From the IMG/VR virus record IMGVR_UViG_3300045988_127420: 37,829 bases of DNA, one strand, 5' to 3'. Source of the stretch: a virus. The translations under genes were made by a program, and so were the position numbers. Below the pieces are notes generated by a model. That model ran no database searches. It was not told the origin of the DNA and saw nothing but the letters and a program-made list of their open reading frames with translations. Shown here in pieces: positions 18,030 to 25,458 of this stretch; within the stretch, counting starts at the first letter, position 1; the number at the start of each line of letters is the position of its first letter.

Positions 18030-19100
18030 GTGCGCCCCGGACCCACACCCGAACTGGAACCCGGCGAGCTGAACGGCGTCGTCGGGTTCTACGCCTTGAG
18101 GGAGAGCGCGAAGAAGTGCAGGCGCGGCGTCATATGGAAGGGCAGCGCCGCCAGCTACATGCTGAACCTGTCAGAGCGCACGCTGGCCATGAGCCGCAAG
18201 CTGCAGGCGGGCACGTTCAGGTGCGGGCCCACGCGGGAGTTCTACGTGACGAGGCCCAAGCGCCGCACCATCGTGAGCGTGGGCTTCGCCGACCGCGTGT
18301 TCCAGCGCAGCCTCAACGACAACAGCATCTACCCCCGCATGGTGCGCGGCTTCATATCGGACAACGCGGCATGCCGGAAGGGCAAGGGCACCGACTACGC
18401 CCGCGAGCGCCTGAAGGAGTTCATGCGCCGCCACTACCGCAAGAACGGGCCGAACGGCTGGGTATGCCAGATGGACGTGGCGGGCTACTACCCGAACATG
18501 CGGCACGAGACGGCCGAAGCGGCATTCGCCCGCAAGCTGCCGCCCGAGATCATGGCCATGGCCAGGGCGGTCATGCGGAACCAGTACCCGGGCGAGGTCG
18601 GCTACAACCCGGGCAGCCAGATGATACAGATAGCCGGCATCAGCGTGCTGGACCCGCTCGACCATATGGCGAAAGACCGCATGGGCATCAGGAACTACGT
18701 CAGGTACATGGACGACGCCGTGGCCATCTTAGCCACCCGCGAGGAGGCCGAGCGCGCCCTGGAAGCGTTCGGCGACACCCTGCATAACCTGGGTTTCGAG
18801 CTGAACCCCAAGAAGTCGTGCATCTACCCGCTGCGGGACGGCGTGCCGTTCCTGGGCTTCGACTTCCACCTGACCGACACGGGCAAGGTCCTCATGTTCG
18901 TGAAGCCGTCGAACGTCAAGGAGATGAGGCGGCGCATAGCGAAGATGGCGAGGCTGAGCCGCAAGGGGCGCATCATGCGCGCTGAAGTGGACGAGAGCTA
19001 CCGAGCATGGCGCAACCACGCGGGCAAGGGCGACAGCTTCAGGCTCATCAGGCGCTGCGACGCCTGGTACAAGGAACTATGGAAGGAGCACCGATGCTAG
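18030..19100 (+). CDS. DGR-type reverse transcriptase
   Basis: Motifs seen: RRTIVSVGFADRVFQ, NPGSQMIQ (DGR-typical SQ motif) and YVRYMDDAV (YxDD). The N-terminus aligns conceptually with Bordetella bRT (FYALRESAKKCRR...LQAGTFRCGPTREFYV). Start is uncertain: GTG 18030, CTG 18069 or ATG 18159. Confidence 0.88.
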   Translation: MRPGPTPELEPGELNGVVGFYALRESAKKCRRGVIWKGSAASYMLNLSERTLAMSRKLQAGTFRCGPTREFYVTRPKRRTIVSVGFADRVFQRSLNDNSIYPRMVRGFISDNAACRKGKGTDYARERLKEFMRRHYRKNGPNGWVCQMDVAGYYPNMRHETAEAAFARKLPPEIMAMARAVMRNQYPGEVGYNPGSQMIQIAGISVLDPLDHMAKDRMGIRNYVRYMDDAVAILATREEAERALEAFGDTLHNLGFELNPKKSCIYPLRDGVPFLGFDFHLTDTGKVLMFVKPSNVKEMRRRIAKMARLSRKGRIMRAEVDESYRAWRNHAGKGDSFRLIRRCDAWYKELWKEHRC

Positions 19101-19264
19101 ACATCAAGAAGGCGCCCGACGACCTCGCCGCCTCCCGCCGCCAGGAGAACCTGGAGAGCAAGGCGGAGCGCCAAGAGGCGCTGATGGAGCTCGTCGCGGC
19201 ATGCGCAGACGTTGAGCTGCCAGGCGATGACGAAGACGACAGCATGCCGGGGGAGGTGGAGTAG
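19094..19264 (+). CDS. Small acidic hypothetical protein (56 aa)
   Basis: ATG overlaps the RT stop (ATGCTAG). Product MLDIKKAPDDLAASRRQENLESKAERQEALMELVAACADVELPGDDEDDSMPGEVE. Confidence 0.4.
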   Translation: MLDIKKAPDDLAASRRQENLESKAERQEALMELVAACADVELPGDDEDDSMPGEVE

Positions 19265-19414
19265 ATGGCCGTGAAGCTGAGCCGATACGCCCGGCGCGTC
19301 CAGAAGTGGTACCTGGCGGGCTTCTACAACGACGAGAGCCTGGAGCAGCTGCTGCAGGCGGGCAAGATCACCAAGAAGGAGATGGAGGCCATCAAGGCGT
19401 CCAAGAAGGAGTAG
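19265..19414 (+). CDS. XkdX-family small phage protein
   Basis: 49 aa, MAVKLSRYARRVQKWYLAGFYNDESLEQLLQAGKITKKEMEAIK..., matching the XkdX pattern. Below the ORF-track cut-off. Confidence 0.55.
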   Translation: MAVKLSRYARRVQKWYLAGFYNDESLEQLLQAGKITKKEMEAIKASKKE

Positions 19415-19416
19415 GC

Positions 19417-19830
19417 GTGGAAATTCTGGAGCTGTTCGCGCCGTACGGCCCGGGGTGGCTCGGCGGCGTGCTCCTGGCGCTCATTTTGTTCTACTTCGGC
19501 CGGCAGTTTCTGGAGGAGTTCAGGAAGCAGAACGAGCGCAAGGCCGGCCTGGACGTGAAGCGCGAGGAGCGCAAGCAGGCCGAGGTTGCCGAGCGCGCGC
19601 AGCGCGACCGCGAGCGCTCGCAGATGGAGGGCCGCATCGCCGCGCAGATGGAGCGTAGCAACTCGCTCATGGAGGCCATGAAGACGCTCATGGAGTCCGT
19701 GGCCACATCCAACGAGGTGTTGCATGCCGACCTCGCCAACAGCCAGGCGCGCAGCCAGGGCATGGCGGCCAAGGTGGACCATATCTGCGACCGCGTGGAC
19801 CTGCTGTACGACAAGGAAGCAAGCAACTAA
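19417..19830 (+). CDS. Membrane-anchored coiled-coil protein in the lysis-cassette region
   Basis: GTG start. One N-terminal TM segment (WLGGVLLALILFYFG), then a charged coiled coil. 137 aa. Confidence 0.4.
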   Translation: MEILELFAPYGPGWLGGVLLALILFYFGRQFLEEFRKQNERKAGLDVKREERKQAEVAERAQRDRERSQMEGRIAAQMERSNSLMEAMKTLMESVATSNEVLHADLANSQARSQGMAAKVDHICDRVDLLYDKEASN

Positions 19831-19841
19831 AGGAGAGAATC

Positions 19842-20147
19842 ATGACAATCATGCAAGCCGGGGCGGCCATCGTGCTGTCCCTCGTCGTGCCGTTCGCGGT
19901 GCAGCTCATCAAGACCGAGGCAATGACCGGCAAGGCGGCCCGCTGCCTTGCGCTGGCGTGCTCGCTTCTCGCGGGCGTCGTGACCGGCTTCGTGGGCGGC
20001 GTGCCCGCAGACCCGGGCGCGTGTGTCACGTGCGCGTTCGCCGTCGTCGGCGGCGTGCAGGCCGCCTACACGCTTTTCAAGTCCGTCGGCTTCACCAGCA
20101 AGTGGCTTGACGCTCTGCTGGGCGTGACCGTAGGCGGGAAGGAGTAG
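19842..20147 (+). CDS. Holin (about 3 TM segments)
   Basis: 101 aa with three hydrophobic stretches, immediately upstream of the endolysin gene. Confidence 0.6.
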   Translation: MTIMQAGAAIVLSLVVPFAVQLIKTEAMTGKAARCLALACSLLAGVVTGFVGGVPADPGACVTCAFAVVGGVQAAYTLFKSVGFTSKWLDALLGVTVGGKE

Positions 20148-20149
20148 CC

Positions 20150-21049
20150 ATGGGCAGCGTGAGCAAGATGGTTTCGTTCGTGAAGGAATGGTGCGCGGAC
20201 GACTCGCACGGATACAGCCAGAACAACCGCTGGGGGCCGGACTGCGACTGCTCCAGCCTGATGTACATGGCGGCGGCGCACGCAGGCTACGACGTGCCGA
20301 CCAGCGGCACGCGCTACACCCGCACCATGGTGCGCGACTTCACGGCTGCTGGCTTCCAGGCCGTGCCGTTCGACGGCAACCTGTACGACTGCGAGCCGGG
20401 GTGCATCGCGCTCAACGAGGCCAACCACGTGGAGATGTTCACCGGCTGGGGGCAGCTGGGCGGCGCTCACATCGACGAGCACGGCGGCGTGCAAGGCTGC
20501 TGCCAAGGCGACCAGACCGGAAACGAGGTGTCCGTAGGCCCGGCGTACACGCCCAGCTACGGATGGGACTACATCCTGGTGCCGCCTACGGACTCCGGTG
20601 ACGGCTTTACACCGGTGCCGACCGAAGGCAAGCCCGTGGTGCCGGAGTACCGCATTTACAACCGCGAGAGCGGTTGGCTGTCGTGGATGACGGGCTTGAA
20701 CTGCGCGTGCCCATGCGGAGACGACTTCGCCGGTGAACCCGGCTGCTACGCGTACGACTTCGAGGCGCGCAACCTCGGGCCGGGCGGCTGGTACAAGATC
20801 ATCCGCGCCGACGGCTCCGAGTCCGTCAACGCGTCGGGCAACACGGACAGCCCCATCGTCGGCATCGAGGGCTACTACGACACGCCCGACCCGAACGCCA
20901 CCGGCTACTGGAAGCTGTACTACCAGGCGCACTGGCTGGGCGCGGAGCCCGGCTGGGGCAAGTGGGAGTACGACGACGAGGACGGCGGCGCCGGCAAAGA
21001 CGCGGACAGCCCCATCGACATGCTGCGCATGACCATCCGAAAGGCGTAG
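20150..21049 (+). CDS. Endolysin with Amidase_5-type N-terminal domain (phage Dp-1 Pal-like) and a C-terminal wall-binding region
   Basis: HGYSQNNRWGPDCDCSSLMYMAAAHAG resembles the Pal segment YSMDFRDGPDSYDCSSSMYYALRSAG. Position follows the holin. Confidence 0.75.
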   Translation: MGSVSKMVSFVKEWCADDSHGYSQNNRWGPDCDCSSLMYMAAAHAGYDVPTSGTRYTRTMVRDFTAAGFQAVPFDGNLYDCEPGCIALNEANHVEMFTGWGQLGGAHIDEHGGVQGCCQGDQTGNEVSVGPAYTPSYGWDYILVPPTDSGDGFTPVPTEGKPVVPEYRIYNRESGWLSWMTGLNCACPCGDDFAGEPGCYAYDFEARNLGPGGWYKIIRADGSESVNASGNTDSPIVGIEGYYDTPDPNATGYWKLYYQAHWLGAEPGWGKWEYDDEDGGAGKDADSPIDMLRMTIRKA

Positions 21050-21051
21050 CC

Positions 21052-21378
21052 ATGGCGCGCCGCAAAGACGCTGGCAAGGGCCCCGACTTCGAGAACGCGA
21101 TGTGGGTGCTGTGGGCGCTGTCCGTGCTCGCGCTGCTGGCCATGGCCATCGTGTCCGCATCCGGCCTCGCCATCCAGGCATCGGAGGCGCAGGAGGTGCA
21201 GGTATCGCCAGCCCGCACCGACGGCCCCATCTACGACCTGCCAGAAGGCATCGGCCAGGAAATCGTATGCGACGAGCACAACCGCGAGTACCTGCTGCTG
21301 ACCACCGAGCAGGGCGGCGTGTTCCTCATGCCGTACCTCGACGAGAACGGCGAGCAGGAGATCATGCCCCAAGCATAG
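21052..21378 (+). CDS. Membrane-anchored hypothetical protein (end of lysis cassette)
   Basis: 108 aa with an N-terminal TM segment (MWVLWALSVLALLAMAIVSA). Confidence 0.4.
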   Translation: MARRKDAGKGPDFENAMWVLWALSVLALLAMAIVSASGLAIQASEAQEVQVSPARTDGPIYDLPEGIGQEIVCDEHNREYLLLTTEQGGVFLMPYLDENGEQEIMPQA

Positions 21379-22873
21379 GCAGGCGCACCGCCGCGACGAA
21401 ACCCCAGGCCGTGACGTGCACCATGGTGTTCGCTATAAGTAGCGAGTGCCCCGCCAGTCGACAGTTACGCGAACCCCCATCAGATTCAGCCTGGTGGGGG
21501 TTCTTTTTTATGCCGTCGAACGAGAACGCGACGCGCATCTCCCCCGCCTCCCTGTTGAGCACGACGCGGTCCACGAACAGGCGCACGGCCTCCAGAGGGT
21601 CGGAACGGCCCATGAGCCTGCGCACCCAGAACTCCGCCCGCTCCTCGTCGACCATGGCGCACGACAGCTCCATCTCCGCGAGCGACGCCTCAAGCTCCTC
21701 TCTCTCGTCGGCCAGCTGCCCGAGCTTGGCGGCCACCGCGTCGACCGCCCCGGTCTTTGCCGCGAGGTCGACCACGCGCGACTGCTCGCGCGCGTTCTGC
21801 TCCAGCCGCTTGCGCGTCGCGTCCGCGGCGGCGATGGAGTCGGCCATCTCCTCGGCCTGCGCGGCCATCACCATGGCCACGATGGCCTCCACCGCGTCGT
21901 CGTCCGCGGCGATCACGTCGGCGGCGGCCTTGGCCACGGCGTCCTCCAGCACGTGCTGCGGCACCTGGTGGCCCGTCGCCGGGCAGCGGTAGTACGTGTA
22001 CTTGCGGCCGGACTTCCCGTGGCCGCTGCTGGACTGGTAGCGGTGGCCCTCCGCGTCGAACAGCTTGCCCGAAAGCAGGTACTCCATGGTGCTGCGCCTC
22101 CTCCTCGCGCGGGCGGCGAGCATCCCCTGCACGCCCTCGAACAGCTCGCCGTCGACTATGGCGGGCATGCCGTCCTCCACGCGCGTCTGCCCGTAGCTGT
22201 ACACGCCCCGGTACTTCTCCAGGCGCAGGCTTTTGCTGATGAACCCGACGGACAGCGGCTTGCCCATCTTCGTGCGCGCCTCCGGCATGGCCGCCGCTAT
22301 CTCGGGCATGCTCGCGCCGTCCGCGTACATGCGGAACATGCGGCGCACCACGGCGGCCTCCTCCTCGTTCACGTGGTAGTAGCCGTCCTCGCCGAGGTCG
22401 TAGCCGTACGTGCGCACGCCGTTGTGCTTGCACTTCATGGCGTTGCCCAGCTGGCCGCGCTTGACGTTCTCGGCCAGGGCCACGCTGTAGTACTCGGCCA
22501 GGCCCTCCAGCATCGACTCCAGCAGGATGGACTCGGGGCCGTCGCCGACGGCCTCCGTGGCGCTGCGCAGCTCCACGCCGCAGCGGCGCAGCTTGGCCTT
22601 GTACACGGCCGCGTCGTAGCGGTTTCGCGCGAAGCGGTCCAGCTTGTACACGTACACGACGTCGAACAGGCCGCGGCGCGCGTCGGCGACCATGCGGAGG
22701 AACCCGTCGCGGCCCTCGGCGGTGCGCCCCGTGGTGGCGTCGTCGTGGTACACGCGGGCGATGGCGGCGCCGTCGCGCTCGGCGGCCTGGCGGCACACGC
22801 GCACCTGGTCCTCGATGGACTCCTCGCGCTGGCCCGCGCTGCTGTACCTGGCGTATATGACGGCGTTGGCCAC
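21362..22873 (-). CDS. int: Large serine recombinase (phage integrase)
   Basis: N-terminus VIYARYSSAGQREESIEDQ... (resolvase catalytic-serine motif), then recombinase domain, zinc ribbon and coiled coil. GTG start. 503 aa as an open frame. Confidence 0.9.
   Translation of the reverse strand: MANAVIYARYSSAGQREESIEDQVRVCRQAAERDGAAIARVYHDDATTGRTAEGRDGFLRMVADARRGLFDVVYVYKLDRFARNRYDAAVYKAKLRRCGVELRSATEAVGDGPESILLESMLEGLAEYYSVALAENVKRGQLGNAMKCKHNGVRTYGYDLGEDGYYHVNEEEAAVVRRMFRMYADGASMPEIAAAMPEARTKMGKPLSVGFISKSLRLEKYRGVYSYGQTRVEDGMPAIVDGELFEGVQGMLAARARRRRSTMEYLLSGKLFDAEGHRYQSSSGHGKSGRKYTYYRCPATGHQVPQHVLEDAVAKAAADVIAADDDAVEAIVAMVMAAQAEEMADSIAAADATRKRLEQNAREQSRVVDLAAKTGAVDAVAAKLGQLADEREELEASLAEMELSCAMVDEERAEFWVRRLMGRSDPLEAVRLFVDRVVLNREAGEMRVAFSFDGIKKNPHQAESDGGSRNCRLAGHSLLIANTMVHVTAWGFVAAVRLPMLGA
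21474..21509 (+). terminator. Rho-independent terminator of the late/lysis operon
   Basis: CCCCCATCAG-ATTCAGC-CTGGTGGGGG (10-bp stem, one G-U pair) followed by TTCTTTTTT. Confidence 0.75.
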
Positions 22874-22875
22874 GG

Positions 22876-23265
22876 CTAGCCCTCCTCCGCCGCGTTCGCG
22901 GGGTCCTTCGCCAGCGACGTGGCCACGCTGTGCAGTATGTGGCGCCCGTTCTCGTTCATGGAGTCGTAGGCGTTTTCTATAGCTTCCAAGCGCTTATCTA
23001 TCACACGTACAGGGCGCGGCGCGGGCTCATCTTGAACACCCATAGCTGCAGCAATCGCGCCAGGTTCTGTGAAATCGTACCCATACAACTCAGTAACCGA
23101 CACGCCAAAGAAGTCGGCTATGCGCTTCACTTCCGAGCTTTTCTGCGGCTGGTTTTTGCACTGTTCCCAGTTTCTATACGTTCCCGGGTTCACACCTAGC
23201 AGTTCGGCGGCTTCCTTCTGCGAAAGATGCGCGCGTTGTCTGATGGCTTTTAACTCGTAAAGCAT
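22876..23265 (-). CDS. CI-like repressor (XRE-family HTH)
   Basis: 129 aa. HTH_3 pattern LSQKEAAELLGVNPGTYRNWEQ. Divergent from the early operon and co-oriented with int. Confidence 0.8.
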   Translation of the reverse strand: MLYELKAIRQRAHLSQKEAAELLGVNPGTYRNWEQCKNQPQKSSEVKRIADFFGVSVTELYGYDFTEPGAIAAAMGVQDEPAPRPVRVIDKRLEAIENAYDSMNENGRHILHSVATSLAKDPANAAEEG

Positions 23266-23306
23266 GCGCTTTTCACCGCCTATCTGTGTACTTCTACGTT
23301 TCCGCG

Positions 23307-23357
23307 ATTATAAATTACAAATTTATTGTTGACTAGTACACGGCTTCTGTGTATCTT
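23307..23357. promoter_or_regulatory. Divergent back-to-back promoters of the lysis-lysogeny switch
   Basis: Plus strand: TTGACT (23329-23334), 17 nt spacer, TATCTT (23352-23357). Minus strand: TATAAT (complement of 23307-23312), 17 nt spacer, TAGTCA (complement of 23330-23335). This is an AT-rich island. Confidence 0.6.
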
Positions 23358-23362
23358 ACAGA

Positions 23363-23379
23363 TGCACGAAGTTTGTGCA
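23363..23379. promoter_or_regulatory. Inverted repeat TGCAC-N7-GTGCA at the predicted early transcript start (candidate operator)
   Basis: Seen directly. Related TCTGTGTA motifs lie at 23283-23290 and 23346-23353. Confidence 0.4.
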
Positions 23380-23420
23380 TTACTACACGGGTTATATGTA
23401 CCAACCGAAAGGAGAAGGCA

Positions 23421-23753
23421 ATGACGAGGAGCAGCTACTGGGTGGCGATGGTGAACGAGTGCCACGTGGACAGCCCGACGAACGAGGCGTTCGCGTTCGA
23501 GATGGCCGAGAACGGATGCATGGAGGAGACCGAGGAGAGCATCTGCTGCCGCGCCGCCGCCATGTTCGGCTTCGATTTCGAGCGCATCGTGCCGCTGGAG
23601 TGCTCCATGCGCACGATGTTCGAGGTGGGCGGCGTGCAGTTCAACCTGTGCGACTCGCTGCAGTTCAGCGTGGCGGGCAAGGGGTGGAGCACCGACTTCG
23701 ACACCCTGGCCGAGGCCCCGCAGTACGACGAGAAGAAGGAGGAAGAGGAGTAG
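23421..23753 (+). CDS. Acidic, Cys-rich hypothetical protein (110 aa); first early gene
   Basis: ATG 23421 preceded by AAAGGAGAAGG. No recognisable domain. Ends in EKKEEEE. Confidence 0.55.
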   Translation: MTRSSYWVAMVNECHVDSPTNEAFAFEMAENGCMEETEESICCRAAAMFGFDFERIVPLECSMRTMFEVGGVQFNLCDSLQFSVAGKGWSTDFDTLAEAPQYDEKKEEEE

Positions 23754-23953
23754 TGAACGGGAAGCTGATGAAGGAGCGCCGCAAGGCGCTGGGCATGACC
23801 CAGATGCAGCTGGCGGTGGCCGTGGGCGCTTCGAGCGTGGCCCTGGTCAGCAGCTGGGAGCGCGGGTGCACCGTGGCCAGCGTGCCGAAGCTCAAGAAGC
23901 TGGCAGAGGTGCTGGGCGTGACCATGGAGCAGCTGCTGGAAGAGGAGGAATAG
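23753..23953 (+). CDS. Cro-like / Aca-like XRE HTH protein
   Basis: About 66 aa. HTH_3 pattern RKALGMTQMQLAVAVGASSVALVSSWERG. GTG 23753 overlaps the upstream TAG; alternative ATG at 23768. Confidence 0.65.
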   Translation: MNGKLMKERRKALGMTQMQLAVAVGASSVALVSSWERGCTVASVPKLKKLAEVLGVTMEQLLEEEE

Positions 23954-23974
23954 GAATGGCGGTGATCATTGACC

Positions 23975-24160
23975 ATGGCGGAGCGTGGCGAGGAGCGCAG
24001 GGACGCGGCGAAGAGGATGGCGCGGTCGCGGCTCATGTCGGCGGTGCGCGCGGCGTTCGAGGCGCCGGGCGTCGAGGAGGAGTTCGAGAGGTGGAAGGCC
24101 GCGCGGGAGAAGCCTGCAAGCAAGCCCGCGCAGCCGGAAGCCATGCCCGCGGGGGCGTGA
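23975..24160 (+). CDS. Small charged hypothetical protein
   Basis: Track ORF 23969-24160. Start is TTG 23969 or ATG 23975. Confidence 0.35.
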   Translation: MAERGEERRDAAKRMARSRLMSAVRAAFEAPGVEEEFERWKAAREKPASKPAQPEAMPAGA

Positions 24161-24396
24161 CCGGGCGAGTATACGCCAAGGCGGCCGCGAACGCCAACGC
24201 CGTGCTGGCCTTCGCGGCGGGGGCCGTGCTGCTCATGGCGCTGCTGACCGGCCAAATGTGCCACAAGGCGTACCTGGACGGCCAGGCGCACGGCATCGCC
24301 TACGGCAAGGCTCAGGCCCAGCAGCAGGCCTACGACCGCGGGTACGCCGACGCCGTGAGCGACTACGAGGAGGGCGAGGCCGCATGGGCGCGCTAG
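24157..24396 (+). CDS. Small membrane protein, hypothetical
   Basis: GTGA start-stop overlap. One TM segment (AVLAFAAGAVLLMALL). It is the 3' part of track ORF 23866-24396. Confidence 0.35.
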   Translation: MTGRVYAKAAANANAVLAFAAGAVLLMALLTGQMCHKAYLDGQAHGIAYGKAQAQQQAYDRGYADAVSDYEEGEAAWAR

Positions 24397-24887
24397 GGGC
24401 CATCGTGGCCGTCGACCCGGGCTGCCTGCACACGGGCATCGTGTACATGGACGAGCGCCGCGTGATCGACTCGCGCACCATCGGGTTCCCGAAGGGCGTG
24501 AGGGGCGACAACGACCTGCTGGACGAGCGCTGCGAGTCCATCTGGCGCCAGCTTGAGCGCTTCCTGGCCGAGCACCCGCACGACCTCGTGGTGCTCGAAG
24601 GCTACCAGCAGCAGGGCGGCCGCGGCCACATGAGCATGAGCCACCAGACGCCGTGGCTGGTGGGCAGCCTCACCGCGCACCTGCACAAGGCCGGCGAGCC
24701 GTTCACCATCCAGCTGAGCGCCAAGGTGCTCAACCCGAGGGCGCGCGGGAACTGCGCGTGGGCGGTCGACGAGGCGCTGCAGGGGCGCGAGGTCCTGCAG
24801 GGCTGCGGCCGCCTGGTGACCAATGAGCACCTGCGCAGCGCGTTCGCGCACGGCCTGTGGTTCTACCAGCGCCATGGCGGGCGCTGA
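24384..24887 (+). CDS. RuvC-like Holliday-junction resolvase
   Basis: 167 aa. IVAVDPGCLHTGIV (RuvC-type first acidic motif) and DLVVLEGY. Confidence 0.5.
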   Translation: MGALGAIVAVDPGCLHTGIVYMDERRVIDSRTIGFPKGVRGDNDLLDERCESIWRQLERFLAEHPHDLVVLEGYQQQGGRGHMSMSHQTPWLVGSLTAHLHKAGEPFTIQLSAKVLNPRARGNCAWAVDEALQGREVLQGCGRLVTNEHLRSAFAHGLWFYQRHGGR

Positions 24888-25423
24888 TGCGGCGCGGCGA
24901 GAGCCTGCGCCCGTGGACCGTCGCGGAAGAGCGCAGGCTGCGCGAGATGGCCGGGCGCGTCCCCCGCCGCGAGATAGCGTGGCGGCTCAGGCGCTCGAAC
25001 GAGAGCGTGCGCCAGAAGGCGAAGCGCATGGGGCTGTCCCTGCGCTGCTGGGAGCCGAGGTGCGCGCAGACCTGCCCGCGCTGCGGGATGGCGCGGGAGA
25101 GGATGGGCAAGAGCGGGGCCTGCAGGCCGTGCGAGCTGCGCGACCTCATAGCGAGGGCCGACGCGGACGCGTCCATGGCCATGGCGATGCTCGGCCACGC
25201 CGACCGGGCCACCTACCAGAGGACCGAGGCGCGCACCCAGTCGGGCGTGCCGCCGAAGCCGCCCGAGCCGGACACCAGCGGCATGACGCCCTACCAGGCG
25301 GCGAAGGCCCGCGACGAGTGGGCGGGCGCCATGGAGGCGTGGGACGTGCGCAGGCTGACCCGCGTGCTGAAGGCCAAGCGCAGGCGCGTCGAGCGCATGC
25401 GAAAAAAAATCCCGAATCAATGA
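24887..25423 (+). CDS. DNA-binding protein (Myb/SANT-like HTH plus CxxC...CxxC zinc ribbon)
   Basis: TGATG overlap with the upstream gene. WTVAEERRLREMAGRVPRREIAWRLRRSNESVRQKAKRMG, then CPRCG...CRPC. Confidence 0.45.
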   Translation: MRRGESLRPWTVAEERRLREMAGRVPRREIAWRLRRSNESVRQKAKRMGLSLRCWEPRCAQTCPRCGMARERMGKSGACRPCELRDLIARADADASMAMAMLGHADRATYQRTEARTQSGVPPKPPEPDTSGMTPYQAAKARDEWAGAMEAWDVRRLTRVLKAKRRRVERMRKKIPNQ

Positions 25424-25458
25424 CACTTTTATATTTTGCCTGATAGGAGGCACCGAAC

